NCBI GenBank assembly: GCA_050273025.1
Contig: CP158635.1
Location: forward strand, 33,108,001-33,172,000
Source: Cenococcum geophilum
Taxonomy: Eukaryota
DNA length: 64,000 nucleotides
Direction of reading: 5' to 3'
Position numbers and translations under genes: made by a program. Below are positions 24,765 to 38,627 of the stretch, piece after piece (the first letter of the stretch is position 1; each line of letters begins with the position of its first letter). A model generated the notes under the pieces. That model saw only the letters and a list, made by a program, of their open reading frames with translations. It was not told the DNA's origin and searched no databases.

Positions 24765-24977
24765 AATAATAATTCTTTAATTAACGTCTAATACGGATCC
24801 TACTTGGCCTACGCAAACTACTCCGTTATTGGGGGAAAACTTATAGTTTACAGGAAGAAAACCCTGCAGTTGGGTTAGAGGAGGAAAAACCCTATAAGCC
24901 ACCTTAGTAGGATAAAAAAACCCGATTTGCCATGTCCGTTTATAGCGGCGGCCTTATAGGCCTACAACTACGTCCTG
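24765..24977 (-). mobile_element. 5'-truncated (213 bp) copy of the non-LTR retroposon group
   Basis: 15 bp TSD CTATTAAGATATAAT; colinear with 22620-22810; short tail. Confidence 0.78.
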
Positions 24978-26130
24978 CTATTAAGATATAATCTATAATC
25001 TATAATCTATAATTGTTTCTTATAATTTTCTACATTACTAATATATAATTTTTTTATTTACCCTTAGGCTATTAGATATAGTTAAGGTATTAATTAGTTA
25101 ATTAAGGAGACTTGTCTCCTAAATTTTAGTGTATATACTTTTAAATCTAGTGGTCCTATACTGTATATTTAGTATAGCTCTACTACTTAACAAATAGGGA
25201 CATTTTATAATAGCACATATAACTATTATATGATTATTAAAAATATCTATAACGTTATTCTTTAATACTATACTATTGTTTTAGGTATAATTTAACCCAT
25301 ATACATCTTTAATTAACGTCTTAATTGCCTTCCTTTGGCCGTATAATTGGTTTTTATAAGGAAGTAATGGCTAAATAGCTTATACGCGTGTTTCTTTCCT
25401 TTTAAATTGCGCTATTATAACGGAGTTATATTAGTAAGGTTGCGGCTATTTACTAGAAGGGTATTAGAAGGTAAAGTATAAAGATACCTTGCTTATTAAG
25501 CTTGATCCTTTTCCTTAACACCTTACTTTCTATTATTAACCTTTATCTAATTTTAGATGTATCTTTAATATATTATTAAGATTTTCTTCCTTTCCATTAT
25601 CAATTTAATATACTTCTTTATTTTCCTACTAACTGCTTTTTTAAGCCAATTCCTTAGCGTATTTTAGCCCTACTATTATATATAAATCCCTAACCCCCAC
25701 TAACCCATAATAGTGCTGGTTTTACCTAAATAATTTTATTTATATGTTTTTAAAAGACTAGAAATTTAATAAAAGGATTCTAGAGGCTTGCAATAAGATA
25801 TACTGTATAAGGTCTTAGCCACCTAGACAAGACAGCTATCTACCTAAGATAGTGTATGGGCCTCCTACTAAAATTAAAATCAAAACATTAAAATACTCCT
25901 TTACTATACCACCACTATGTTCTCTACTACTCCCTAATTGCTGTCGCTTAACTAAGAATATTAAATGCAAATTGTTCTTTAATTATTAGAAGCTAATCTT
26001 AACTAATTTAGCTATTTACTTGCCTAAATATACGGTCTATTACCTTCTTCTATTTACCATTATTATGACAGCCGCTAATTAAGTAAGATGTATTACTAAA
26101 AGCTTTAAAAGCTCTTAATTATTAAGGAGG

Positions 26131-27838
26131 TATTATAGAAGTCACCTATTCTTACGTTCCTAACCTATACTTACGTTTGTCCCGTAATACATACACACAT
26201 ACTATAATAACCCCCTATATCTTAACCCGTTAACCTAATCCTGTTTCGATTCCTTATTAAATGTCTTAAACTATTACGCGTTAATATACTTAGCACGGTT
26301 AATAGCTAGCAACTAAGCTTATTTATAACTGCTAGTATTATAGCTACTAGACTAGTTATAGGCCATAGTGCTACAGCTATATTATAATAACTATATAGTG
26401 GGTAGCTAGACTACCGCTAGCTATAAGGCTAGAATATAATACTAGTACTATTATCTATATACAATAGAAAGGGTACCTACTAGCATATTACTGCACTTTA
26501 GTTTAACCTAATGGCTAGTATTCTATTACTATATAAACATAAATATAGAAGCTAGCATCTTACTACTATCCTACTAGAGCTTGCACTTTACTACTCTATA
26601 ACTAATAAGACCTTACGCCGCTACGCCTATAAAATAACCCTAATAACCTATTATGCCAATATACCTACAACCCTATTACTTAAATTATACTATTACCTAA
26701 ACTAATAAGCCTTATACCGTTACGCCTATAAGAAAATCCCATTACTAGTATTATACTACTACCTATATAAACCTATTGCTTATATTATACTGCTACCTAA
26801 ACTAATAAAACCTTATACTAATATGCCTGCAAGCTAAATATAACTAGGTTAAGTCTTCCTCCCTAACCCTCTAAATCTGCTACTAAAGTTGTTTATATCT
26901 AATACTTAGATTATCCTAAGCCGCCTAAACACGTTACTAGTATTATGCTACTGCCGCCAAAGCTATCTATATCTAATACTTATCTTAAGCCATCTATTGC
27001 TAGCATTATACTACTACCGTATAAGCCAATAAGCTCCGCGCTAATATACCTATAGAACTATAGCCTATTAATAAGCTCTGTGCTAATTTGCCTATAGAAC
27101 CTAAACCTATTACTACTACTATACTACCACTATACAAACTAATAAGCTCTATGCCAATATGCCTATAGAAACGACCCTAAACTGGCACCTTACTGCTATA
27201 TAAGTCGATAAATACTGCTAAAAATGCCTGTTTTGGACTAAAATCTAGACTATAAATAACAGAATTTTGGAATAATTTTTTAGGGGACTTGGTATAGATA
27301 ATATAAAGCTATAGAGCTGCTAAAAGCAAGCAAGGGGACTATATAAGCTCTAGTATATAGCATCTCCTAGTAGTAAGGACTATAGCAAAGCTAGCAATAA
27401 AGGCTAGGGCTATACTTTAGGCTAAATAAGCTAGTGGCCCAATAATTAAGCAAGGAGGCCTAAACTGGTAAGCTATATAGGTAAAGAACATAGAGGCGCT
27501 AGAGCAAGGCTAATTTAGCTTTAGCTTTTACCTACCTACCCTTCCCTTTTCTTTCTTATCTTTCCTATATATATATATATACATATCTTATAGAAGCTTA
27601 AGTTTAAAAGGGGGGTATTATTATAAGAGTTACCCGTTTTTACGTTCCTAACCTATGCTTATATTTGTCCTATAATATATACGCATATACTATAATAACT
27701 CCCTATATCTTAACCCGTTAACCTAAACCTATTTCTATTCCTTGTTAAATATTTTAAACTATTACGCATTAATGTACTTAGCATGGTTAATAGCTAGCAA
27801 TTAAGCTTATTTATAACTGCTAAGTCGATTCCGTAATA
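26131..27838 (+). mobile_element. Non-autonomous LTR element (1.7 kb) with internal degenerate tandem repeats
   Basis: LTRs 26131-~26332 (3' end deleted) and 27619-27838, TSD GGAGG, PPT AAAAGGGGGG. Confidence 0.85.
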
Positions 27839-29938
27839 GGAGGACTCCCTAGTTAAATAGATTAATATAATAGGAGCTTAGGGTTAGCTACCTTAAATTT
27901 AATACCTTAAATCTATAGCTAAAAGTATCCTTTATTAGCGACTTAGTTAATTAAGTTATAAGCATAGTAAGAGGGACGCGCAAGCCTATATAATTTGATT
28001 GTCTATAAATAAGGATCTAAAGCTAAAAAAAGGAAAGGAAAAGATAAGTAGTAATACGAGAAGTTATATATAATCCCTAGTCATATAAGAGTTATATAAG
28101 CTCTGCGTCTACTATAACGTCTACTATAACTATCGCTTTCTGTCAATGCCGTAATATTACCCTCCCCTCTGTAAAAGCCTACCCTTAGGCTTTATGTGTC
28201 TATATTATACCTATAGGGCGTTTTTATCCTTATATTCTTCTAGTAGCTTATTATCTTTACTATACTAGCACTTTATTTACTTGTCTAGGTATTTTAGGGG
28301 TCCTAGTTTATTAGGGTAACGGCTATAGAACTTTTAAAGCTTATAGGGACTGCTAATAAAGTTCTATATAGGGTACTAGGTAGGATCTAGGTTATAGCCT
28401 TTCCAACTAACGCAGTACTTTAGCGTTCTTCTTACTAGTTTATAGGCTAGTATTTCTTTAATTTCCTATTTATTATTACTATTAACTTAAATTAGTAGGG
28501 GAGGTTTGTTCTTTTATCTAGGTAATAGGTTGTCTATAGCTTTCTATAGCTTATCCAGCAAAAAAATAGGGTGAACCTTTATTAAATCTGGGAGCTTTAC
28601 TTTATATAAGTTGCCTATTTTTTTAAGGACCTTATATAGTCCTGATATCTAATAGTCTAGTTTATAGCTAGGCTGTCCTGTCTTCTAGTTCTTTATTATA
28701 ACCTAGACTATATCACCTACGGTAAAGTTAGGCTTGCGTCTATACTTGTTTGCCTACTATTCTATTAATTTCTAGGCTTTTTTTAGATTTATATAGGCTA
28801 TTATCTAGGCTTCTTCTAAGCGCTTAGCGTATTACTAGTCTTCCTTATAAGACAGTTTTCGCGTATAGTCTGGGGTTTTTTTAGTCTTTTCCAGTTAAAG
28901 CTTATATGGGGTAGGTAATCTATTTTTAGTTAGATAGGGATAAATCCAGTAAAGTTATAGGGTAGGGTTACCTGGGTATAGTCTATTAGGGGCAGTAGTT
29001 TAGCCTAATTATCCTAAAAGTAGTTAATAAAGGGCCGGAGTCTCTAGTCTAAGTATTAATTTACAATTTCTATTTAGCTGTTTATTTAGGGGTGGTATAC
29101 TATAAAAACCTTTAACTTAATACCTAGAATCTAGGTAAACTTATTCTAGAAGGCTAATATAAACTACAGCCTGTAGTTGGGTATAATAGTATCTAGCGGT
29201 TTATAAATTTGGTGGATATAATAGATATATAGTTGGGCCGCTTTTTTAGCGTTAATATTCTTATAACAGGGGATTAAGAATAGGTGCTTACTAAAGCGGT
29301 CGACTAAGATTATAACTATATTATATCCGTTATAGTCTATAGGTAACTTGTAGAAGTTTATAGAGATATACTACTATAGGCATTCCGGTATTAGAAGTGG
29401 TTTTAATAATCCTAGGGTCTTATTTTGTGGAATTATAAACCTATAGTAGCCGTTACAGTTTTGTATATAATGGTCGATATCTATAACTATTTTAGGCTAG
29501 TAGTAATAGTTACTAATAATCTTATAGGTCTTATTCTTTTTAGGGTAGGCCGTAGAGACCTATATATATGCTTTGGCAATAAGCTAAGTCTATAAGTTTT
29601 ATTTCTTTACTACTACTAGCCGTTCCTAGTACTTAAGCAGTCCGTTTTTAAGGGACCATAGGCTAGTATTATTCTTTACTTTTTTACAATACTTCTATAA
29701 AGAAGGGGCTGTACAGTTTACTTACAGCAGTTTATTAATAAGGTTAAGTTCTATAAAATTAATAGGACATATCTTGGCGCTTAGAGGGTCTATACTTAGT
29801 TCTGCCTATATTTAGGGGTTAAGGTATTTTAGTTATATTAGCGCCTAAGTCTATAATAAGATCTTTATAGCTGCCTAGTTATTTAGGTCCTATTTATACC
29901 TTATAAAAGCATCTATATAGTTAGTAGCGCTTGGCCTA

Positions 29939-32900
29939 TATTACGGCACTAGTAGAAACCGGTGGATTATAGCGGACAGTCGTAGATAGTTATAGATAGT
30001 TTTATATAGTTCCAGACAGTTGCCGTCACGTAATTAAAGGATCGTATAGGCTTACGCGACCCTTTTGCCGTACTCGTGCTTCAATTAACTAAGTCGCTAA
30101 CATTATCTAAAGCTTGTCTACTCTTCTTCCTAAGAAGGAACTTAAAAAATATCTATAAACTATAAATAAGAACGGAACACAGAAGCAGACTTAAAGACTA
30201 TTACTAAAACTTAAAGAATAAAATAGAACTAGAAGAATAAGAAAAAACAATAAGATCTATAAAACACGTATAGACTAGAACCCCTACAAAATCCTACTAA
30301 AAGTTACCCTAATAACTATATTATTATGCTAAGAACTATAGCAGCCGGTAAAGCAGCCGTAGGACCCTTAATGTCATAGTACGTGCGGACTGTCAAGGTA
30401 TGATGTACGAGGTAACTGTATATAATTGACAAATAATATTGTGTGAGGATCTATATAGGAGGTAAGGTGGTATATATACACGTCGCTTAGGGGTTAGGTC
30501 CGTACTTATATATACACGTAGCTATAATAACGCGTTAGGTCAGTGCCGTGATAGTATATCCCTCCCTAATAAGGCGAGCTCCTGTAAGCTAAGTAACGGC
30601 AGTAAAAATATAAAGGTAAAAAAAATAGACTATATATCCTTATCCTTCCAGTCCTTAAAGGTTCTTGTCCTTTTAGTCCTTAAAGGTCCTCGTCCTTACA
30701 GTCCTTAGACCCTCCTACCTATATCCCTACTATATCGCTCTTTACTAGTGCTCGTCTTAAGTACTAAATAAAGCCGAAGGCGAAGGGGTAAAACAGGGGA
30801 GATGAAAAAAAATGTAACTGCGGGGCGTATTGCGGATATTGACTCTTAAAAGGCTCGGGGGTTATGGAGATTAAGGTTATTGCGTAGACTTAAAAGGCTT
30901 AGAGTGCGGAAATTAAGGTTAAAACGTAGATTTTTATTATGGTAAACTTGTAGTATCTATACGGATTTAAAGACGGAGACGGAGATAGAGACGAGATCGT
31001 AACCTATAGTCTTATACTATAATTAAAACACGAGGACATAGCCCGTAGGGTGTCTCCCTATAGCCGACTTTAGAAACTTAGGACGTAAAGTAGAAGTATA
31101 GCTAGTTACGGAGACTTAGAGACTGAGAAGAGGAACCATAGCCTATAGGGTGTCTCCCTACTGCCGGCCTAGGAAACTTAGAGACTAAGAAGAGAAACTA
31201 TAGCCTATAGGGTGTCTCCCTACTACCAGCTTAGAAACTTAAAGAGGAGACAGAGAGGTCGGCTTAAGAATTCGGATAGATTTGACAGAGATTTTACTAG
31301 GTCGGCATTGTTGTATAGGGGTAAGAATCCTGTCCGGGGTAGGGTAGCTTTAGAAACGTGGCTTTAGAAACGAGGCCCTACCAGGGGCGTATAAGATGAC
31401 ATGATATACTATTATAGTACGTGCGGACTGTCAAGGTACGATATACGAGGTGACTGTATATAATTGATAAACGATGTTATGTAAGGATCTATGTAGGAGG
31501 TAAGGTAGTATATATACACGTCGCTTAGGGGTCAGGTCCGTGCTTATGCATACACGTAGCCATAACAACGCGTCAGGTCAGTGCCGTGACACTTAAATAC
31601 CTTTAATGGTAAAATAGTAACTGACTTAAACTCCTAGGTAGAGCTTACAGCAGCTAATGCTAAAATTAAACGACTTTAAGAGCTGCTTAAAGCTAAAGAA
31701 CCCCTTATACTTAGTGAAGAGTTATTAGACACCTAGAGACTTACTATAGTCTTTAAGGCCCTAGCCTAACGTATAGCATTAGTATTATCGTAGTCCGCGA
31801 AGGTCGCGGACCCCCTATTACTTACAGACGGAACCGACCCTATATTTAATAATTAGAAGCTTTAATTACAGGATAAGCTTAAAGTTAATGCGGACTACTT
31901 CCCTACCACTTAGGCTAAAATGGCCTATGTCTTCGGCCGTACCGGTAGGGACGTATAGACGCATTTATGTCCTTAATACACACAGGACTTAGCAAATCCC
32001 TTCCTCTCTAAAGAAGAGATAATTATATACCTATCTTCTATTTATAAGGACCCCTTTAAAGTATAAAACGCCTAATTTAATTACAAACGCCTAAATATAA
32101 AAACGATGGAGACCTTCTCGGCCTTTTAGACCCGCTTTTTATGCCTAGCCGGCTAGGCTTAAATTCCCTAGGAAGATCTAATACTAGACCTATTTAATAA
32201 GCTTACTCTAGACTTGCAGTAAGCTATACTACTAGTTTTTATTACTATATAGACGCTAAAGGAACTTACGGACTAGTGCTTAGCTATTAATTAAGGCCTT
32301 TGCTAAATTAAGGTATATACTAAACGGTATAAAGCTAGAAACCCTTTAAATTAGACTATAAGCAATATAAGAACGGCCCGTAATGCCCCGGTATAATTGG
32401 TAACCCCTATAACACTACCTATATAGCCTGCCGCTAATTTAGCGGCTAGCTGTACGGCTAGCCCTACTATAGGTCTAGCAAATGCTCGGCCTATATATAG
32501 TAACCCCTGTATATAGGCCCTTAGTAATTAAGGAGCTTACTTTTCTTATAATTAGAAAGGCTATTATATGAAGGATTGTCTGATAAACGTAAAAGCGGAC
32601 AAGGTTCTGTTAATTTAAGAGGATAGCGTAGAGTTTGAAAAAGAGGAACCCTAAAGGAAGACTTCTCTCTAGGGTTAAAAGGGATTAATATATTAGATGT
32701 TAATCTAGGTTAGCTAATTAGTAGAAGAAGCTGCACTATCCCTTATACTTTATTCTATAATAAATACCAAGTTTTAACCTCTACTTTAGCTAACTCTAAA
32801 GTAAATACTTTTGCCTTAATAGACACCTAGTATACTATAAAGCTAGCTAACTTTCTAAATATACCTATTAAAGAACTACCTAAACTAATTTCTATCTATA

Positions 32901-35900
32901 GGTATAACGGGCGGATAGGGCCACCTATTACGACTATTTTGCAAATTTACCTCTATATTAACGGACGAAGGTAGTATAATATCCCCTTCCTTATTACGGA
33001 CCTAGGTAGCTATAATATAATCTTAGGGCGAAAATAGCTAGCCTATTTAGGCTTACAGCTTAATATATGGAGTGGACGGCTTATCTAGCCCAAAACCCTA
33101 CCCCTAACCCCTTCCTTTATAAAAGAAATTAGCATTATAATAGAAAACCTTATATAGCCCTAGATTAATACTATTTACTAGGCCGATGCTATACGTAGGG
33201 ACTAGGCCTTTAAGAAAGATATATAGCTTAATTTATAACGGATCCGTATACTATGTCGCCCTTAAACTACCTATATTACGCCACCCGCATTAAAGACCTA
33301 GGAAGTTAATAGTAACATAAAAAAGCCCCCTATAGAGAGCTTAGGCCCTATATAGCTATAAAGAATAGTAAGACTAAACTAATAGATTGGAGGGATAGTC
33401 TATAGAAAATAGAATAGGAGCTAAGAAAGATTATAAACCCTAAACTGTAAAATACGGTCCGGAAAATAGCTATAAGGAAACCAGTAGACCTCCTACTAGT
33501 TAATATCTGCTATATTAGTACTATAGGATTCTATTGGAACTTAGTTTAGCCTAATACTATTACCTTTATAACAAGCTTATATAAAGTTAATTAAATAATT
33601 AAGAAAAAGGGAAGTAAGCTTAGCAGATAAGAAAGCGAGCTTATAGATAAGGAACTAGTAAAATAAAAGCTACCCTATTAACACCAGAAATTTAAGGACG
33701 TATTCTCTAAAGTAGCGTTTAATATACTTCTACCTTAACGACCGTATAACTACAAAATTAAAATTAAGTAGGGTAAGGAAAATACCCTTAGCTTTAGCCC
33801 CCTTTATAAGCAGTCTATTACCAAATTACAGGCTATAAAGTAGTATCTTATTAATAACCTAAATAAGGGCTTTATTAAGCCTAGCTAAGCCCCTTTTACC
33901 TTACCTATTCTCTTTATTAAAAAGCTAAATAGAGGACTCCGCTTCTATATTAACTACTATAAGCTAAATAATATAACCCGCAAGAACCGCTATCCACTAC
34001 CCCTACTTAATAAGACTTTAGCCTAAATAAGTAGAGCTAAGGTCTTTATAAAGCTTAATATCTACTAGGCCTTCTACTAAATTAGGATAAACCCCAGGTT
34101 TAAAGATTTTACTATATTTTAGACCCGTTACGGAACGTATAAATATAAGATACTCCCTTTTAGACTAACTAACGGACTAGCTACGTACCAGCGGTATATA
34201 AACAATATACTCTTTAACTACCTTAACAACTTCTATACGGCCTATTTAGATAATATTATAATCTACTTTAAGAATAAGCTAGAATACAAGGAGCATGTTT
34301 ATAAAGTCCTATAACGGCTCCGCAAGGCTAGCCTCTAGGTTAATATTAAGAAGTTAGAGTTTAGTATTAAGCGTATAAAGTACTTAGGTTTTATTATTAG
34401 TATAAACGGAATTAAAACCGACCTAGAGAAGACGGCTATAATTAACCAGTAGGCACCCCTACGGATCGTAAAGGGGGTACAATTATTTTTAGGTTTTTGT
34501 AACTTCTACTAATGCTTTATTAAGAACTATAGCAGGATCGCCTAGCCTCTTAACTATCTTACTAGAAAAGACCAGCCCTTCTACTTTAACGCTATATATA
34601 GGTAGGCCTTTAATAAGCTTAAGAAACGGCTAGTATCAGCTCCCCTATTTACCTATTTTAACCTAAAACGGCCCTTAATACTAGAAACTAATACCTTAAA
34701 CAGCGTAATAGCTAGTGTTTTTTCCTAAAAGCAACCAGATGGAGAGTAGTACCCTATTATATACTATTTAAAGACTATAATAGATGCTAAGCTAAACTAC
34801 TATATCTATAACAAAGAAATGCTAGCTATTATCTCTCGCTTTTAGCACTAGTGTATATAGCTAGAGGGGACCCCTAAGCTAATTAAGGTGGTTTTAGATT
34901 ATAAGGCCCTAGAATACTTTATAATAACTAAGGCCCTTATAGCCCGGCAGGCACGCTAGGCGAATACCCTATCTTAGTTTAACTCTTAATTATATATAGA
35001 CTAGGCGCTATAAACTATATAAACACTCTTATAAGGCGCGAGTAAGACCTAAATAACTAGATAGCTGTAAAGATCTTATTACGGATTTAGACGCTACTAT
35101 AACTAGAATACCTTAACCCCTAGATATAGGCAGGACTAAGTACGGACTCCTTAGGCGCTAAGATATATCCTATTAACTCCTTTAAACTTAACCTTATTAA
35201 TAAACTACTATAGGCTAATTAAACGACCCCCTCTCTATAGGAGTACCGCAAAAAGGTAAAGAATGTTACTAGCCTATAGTCCCTTAAAATGGATTACTTA
35301 AGCACTAGGAACGGCTAGTAGTAGCTAAGGAATAGAACTTACGGACCTGGCTTATTACCGAAGCTTACGCCTAGGTCTCTACGGCCTACCTTAGAAAAAA
35401 TAAGACCTATAAGATTATTAGCAACCATTACTATTGGCCCGAAATAGTTATAGATATTAACCATTACGTATAGAACTGTAACAACTGCTATAGGTCTACA
35501 ATTCCACAAGATAAGACCCTAAGACTATTAAAACCTCTCCTGATACCCAACCGCCCCTAGCAGTATATTTTTATAGATTTCTATAAGATACTTATAGACC
35601 GCGACGGACATAATATGGTTATAATTCTAGTTAACTACTTTAGCAAGCACCCGTTTTTAATTCCCTATTATAAGAATATTAATGCTAAGGAGGCGGCCCA
35701 ATTGTATATCTACTATATTTACCATATTTACGGACTACCAGATACTATTATATCGGACTATAGGCCGCAGTTTATATTAGCTTTTTAAAACGAGTTTACC
35801 CGGATCCTAGGGATTAAGCTAAAGCTTTCTATAGCGTACTATTCCTAAATAGATGGCTAAATAGAGATTATAAATTAATACTTAGACTAGAGACTTCGGC

Positions 35901-37024
35901 CCTTTATTAACTACTTCTAGAATAATTAGGGTAAACTGCTACCCCTAATAGACTACGCCCAGGCGACCTTACCTTATAACTCTATAGGATTTGCACCTAT
36001 CTAACTAGAAATAGGGTATTTACCCTAAATAAGCTTTAACTGGGATAGGCTAAAAGGACTATAGACCGTACGCAAGAAACTGTCTTATAAGGAAGCCTAG
36101 CAGTACGCTAAGCGCTTAGAGGAAGCCTAGGCGGTAGCCCATACCAATCTAGAAAAGGCTTAGAAATTAATGCAATAGTAGGCGAATAAGTATAGACGAG
36201 AGCCTAACTTTGCCGTAGGAGATATAGTTTAGGTTATAATAAAGAACTAAAAGACGGAACGACCTAGCCGTAAGCTAAACTATTAGATAGCAGGACCGTA
36301 TAAGGTTCTTAAAAAGATAGGCAACGCGTATAAAGGAAAGCTCCCAAATTTAATTAAAGTTTACCCTATTTTCTCTCCGGATAAACTACAAAAAGCCGTA
36401 AATAACCTATTACCTAGATAAAAGAATAAACCTCCCCTACCGATTTAAGTTAATAGCAACGACAAATAGGAAATTAAAGAAATACTGGCCTATAAGCTTA
36501 TAAGGGGAATATTAAAATATTATATTAGTTAGAAAGGGTACGACCTAGACCCTACTTAGTACCCTATATAAAACTTTATAGGTAGTCCCTATAAGCTTTA
36601 AGAATTCTATAGTCGTTACCCTAATAAACCCGGACCCCTAAAGTACCTTAATAAGTAAATAGAGTGCTAAAATAGCAAAGACAATAAGCTGCCTATTAAG
36701 TATAAAGATAAGAATACCCTATAGATATAATACGGACGTATAAAGCCTAAGGGTAGGCTTTTTTAGAGGGGGGGGGGTAATATTACGCCACTAATGGAAA
36801 CTGGTGGATTATGGCGGACAGTTGTAGACAGTCGCAGATAGTTTTATATGGTTTTAGATAGTTGCCGTTACGTGACCAGAGGATTGTATATAACGTCGAG
36901 CGGCGCCGCCCTCTATCTCCTTTCCTTTCTCTAGCTTTAGATCCTCGTTTATAGACAATCTAATTATATAGGCTTATGTGACCCTTTTGCCATGCTCGTG
37001 CCTCGATTAACTAAGTCGCTAACA
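29939..37024 (+). mobile_element. Ty3/Gypsy chromovirus family B, inserted in opposite orientation into its relative
   Basis: LTRs 29939-30102 (internally deleted) and 36781-37024, TSD GCCTA; RT AYLDNIIIY ~34240, RNase H IYNKEMLAI, integrase, chromodomain, PPT. Confidence 0.95.
30372..31591 (-). mobile_element. TRIM, copy 2
   Basis: Same 1220 bp structure as 20919-22138; TSD CTTAA. Confidence 0.93.
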
Positions 37025-38627
37025 GCCTATATATAATTTGGAAGTTAAACTAGAATAGGACCTCCGCCTAATATGCTTACTAGGCTATAAGGGCCTTTAT
37101 TATTATAAAATATTCTAAGGCCTTATAATTTAAAACTACCTAAATAGGCTTAGGAGCTCCTTCTAGCTATACTTACTAGTACTAAAAGCTAGAGATAATA
37201 GCCAGTATCTCTTTATTATAGATTAGGTAGTTTAGCTTAGTATCTACTATAGTCTTTAAATAGTAGGCAATAGGATGCTATTCTCCGTCTAGCTACTTCT
37301 AGAAGTAAATACCAGCTATTACACTATCTAAGGCATTAGTTTCTAGTATTAAGGGCCGCTTTAGGTAAAAATAGGCTAGTAGAGGAGTAGAGACTAGCCG
37401 CTTATTAAGCTTATTAAAGGCCTACTTATATACAGTATTAAAATAGAAGGGCCGGTCCTTTCTAATAAGGTAGATAAGAGGTTAAGCAATCCTGCTGTAG
37501 TTCTTTATAAAGCGTTAGTAGAAGTTATAGAAACCTAAAAATAACTACACCCCCTTTACGGTCCGTGGGGTTCCTATTAGTTAATTACGGCTATCTTTTC
37601 TAGGTCTGCCTTAATTCCGTCTATACTAATAATAAAGCCTAAGTACTTTATATGCTTAACACTAAATTCTAACTTTTTAATATTAGCCTAAAGGCTAGCT
37701 TTATGGAGCTATTATAAGACCTTATAGATATACTTCTTATGTTCTAACTCGTTCTTAAAGTAAATTATAATATTGTCTAAGTAAGCTATGCAGAAGTCGT
37801 TAAGGTAGTTAAAGAGTATATGGTTTATATATTGCTAATACGTGGCTAGTCCGTTAGTTAGTCCAAAAGGTAGTACTTTATATTTATATATTCTGTAACG
37901 GGTCCAAAATATAATAAGGTCTTCTAATTTAAGGTCTATCTTAATTTAGTAAAAAGCTTAACGGATATTAAGCTTTATAAAGATTTTAGCTCTACTTAGT
38001 TAGGCCAAAGTCTTATTAAGTAAAGGCAGTAGATAGTGGTCTTTAAGGGTTATATTATTAAGCTTATGGTAGTTAATACAGAAACAAAGTCCTCTATTTA
38101 GCTTTTTAGTAAAAAGAATAGATAAGTTAAAAGGTGCTTAACTAGGCTTAATAAAGCCCTTATCTAGGTTATTAATAAAATACTGCTTAGTAGCCTATAG
38201 TTTAGCAGTAGATTGCTATTAGAGGGGGCTATAGCCTAGGGTATCTTTCTTATCTGGCTTAATCTCAATCTTATAGTTATAAGGTTAGTAAGGCGGAAGT
38301 ATATTAGACGCTGCTTTAGAGAAGGTGTCTTTAAATTTCTAGTATTAATGGGGCAGTTTTTATTCTACTAGCTCCTTATCCATAAGCTTGCCTTTCTCTT
38401 AAGCTAGGGTTTCTTTTTCTTTAATTATTTAATTAATTTTATATAAGCTAGTTGTAAAGGTAATGATATTAGGCTAAACTAGGTTTTAGTAGAATCCTAT
38501 AGCGCTAATATAGCAGATATTAACTAGTAGGAGGTCCGTAGGCTTCCTTGCAGATATTTATTGGGCTATATTTTATAGTATAGGGTTTATAGCCTCCCTT
38601 AGCTCACATTCTATTTTCTATAGGTTG

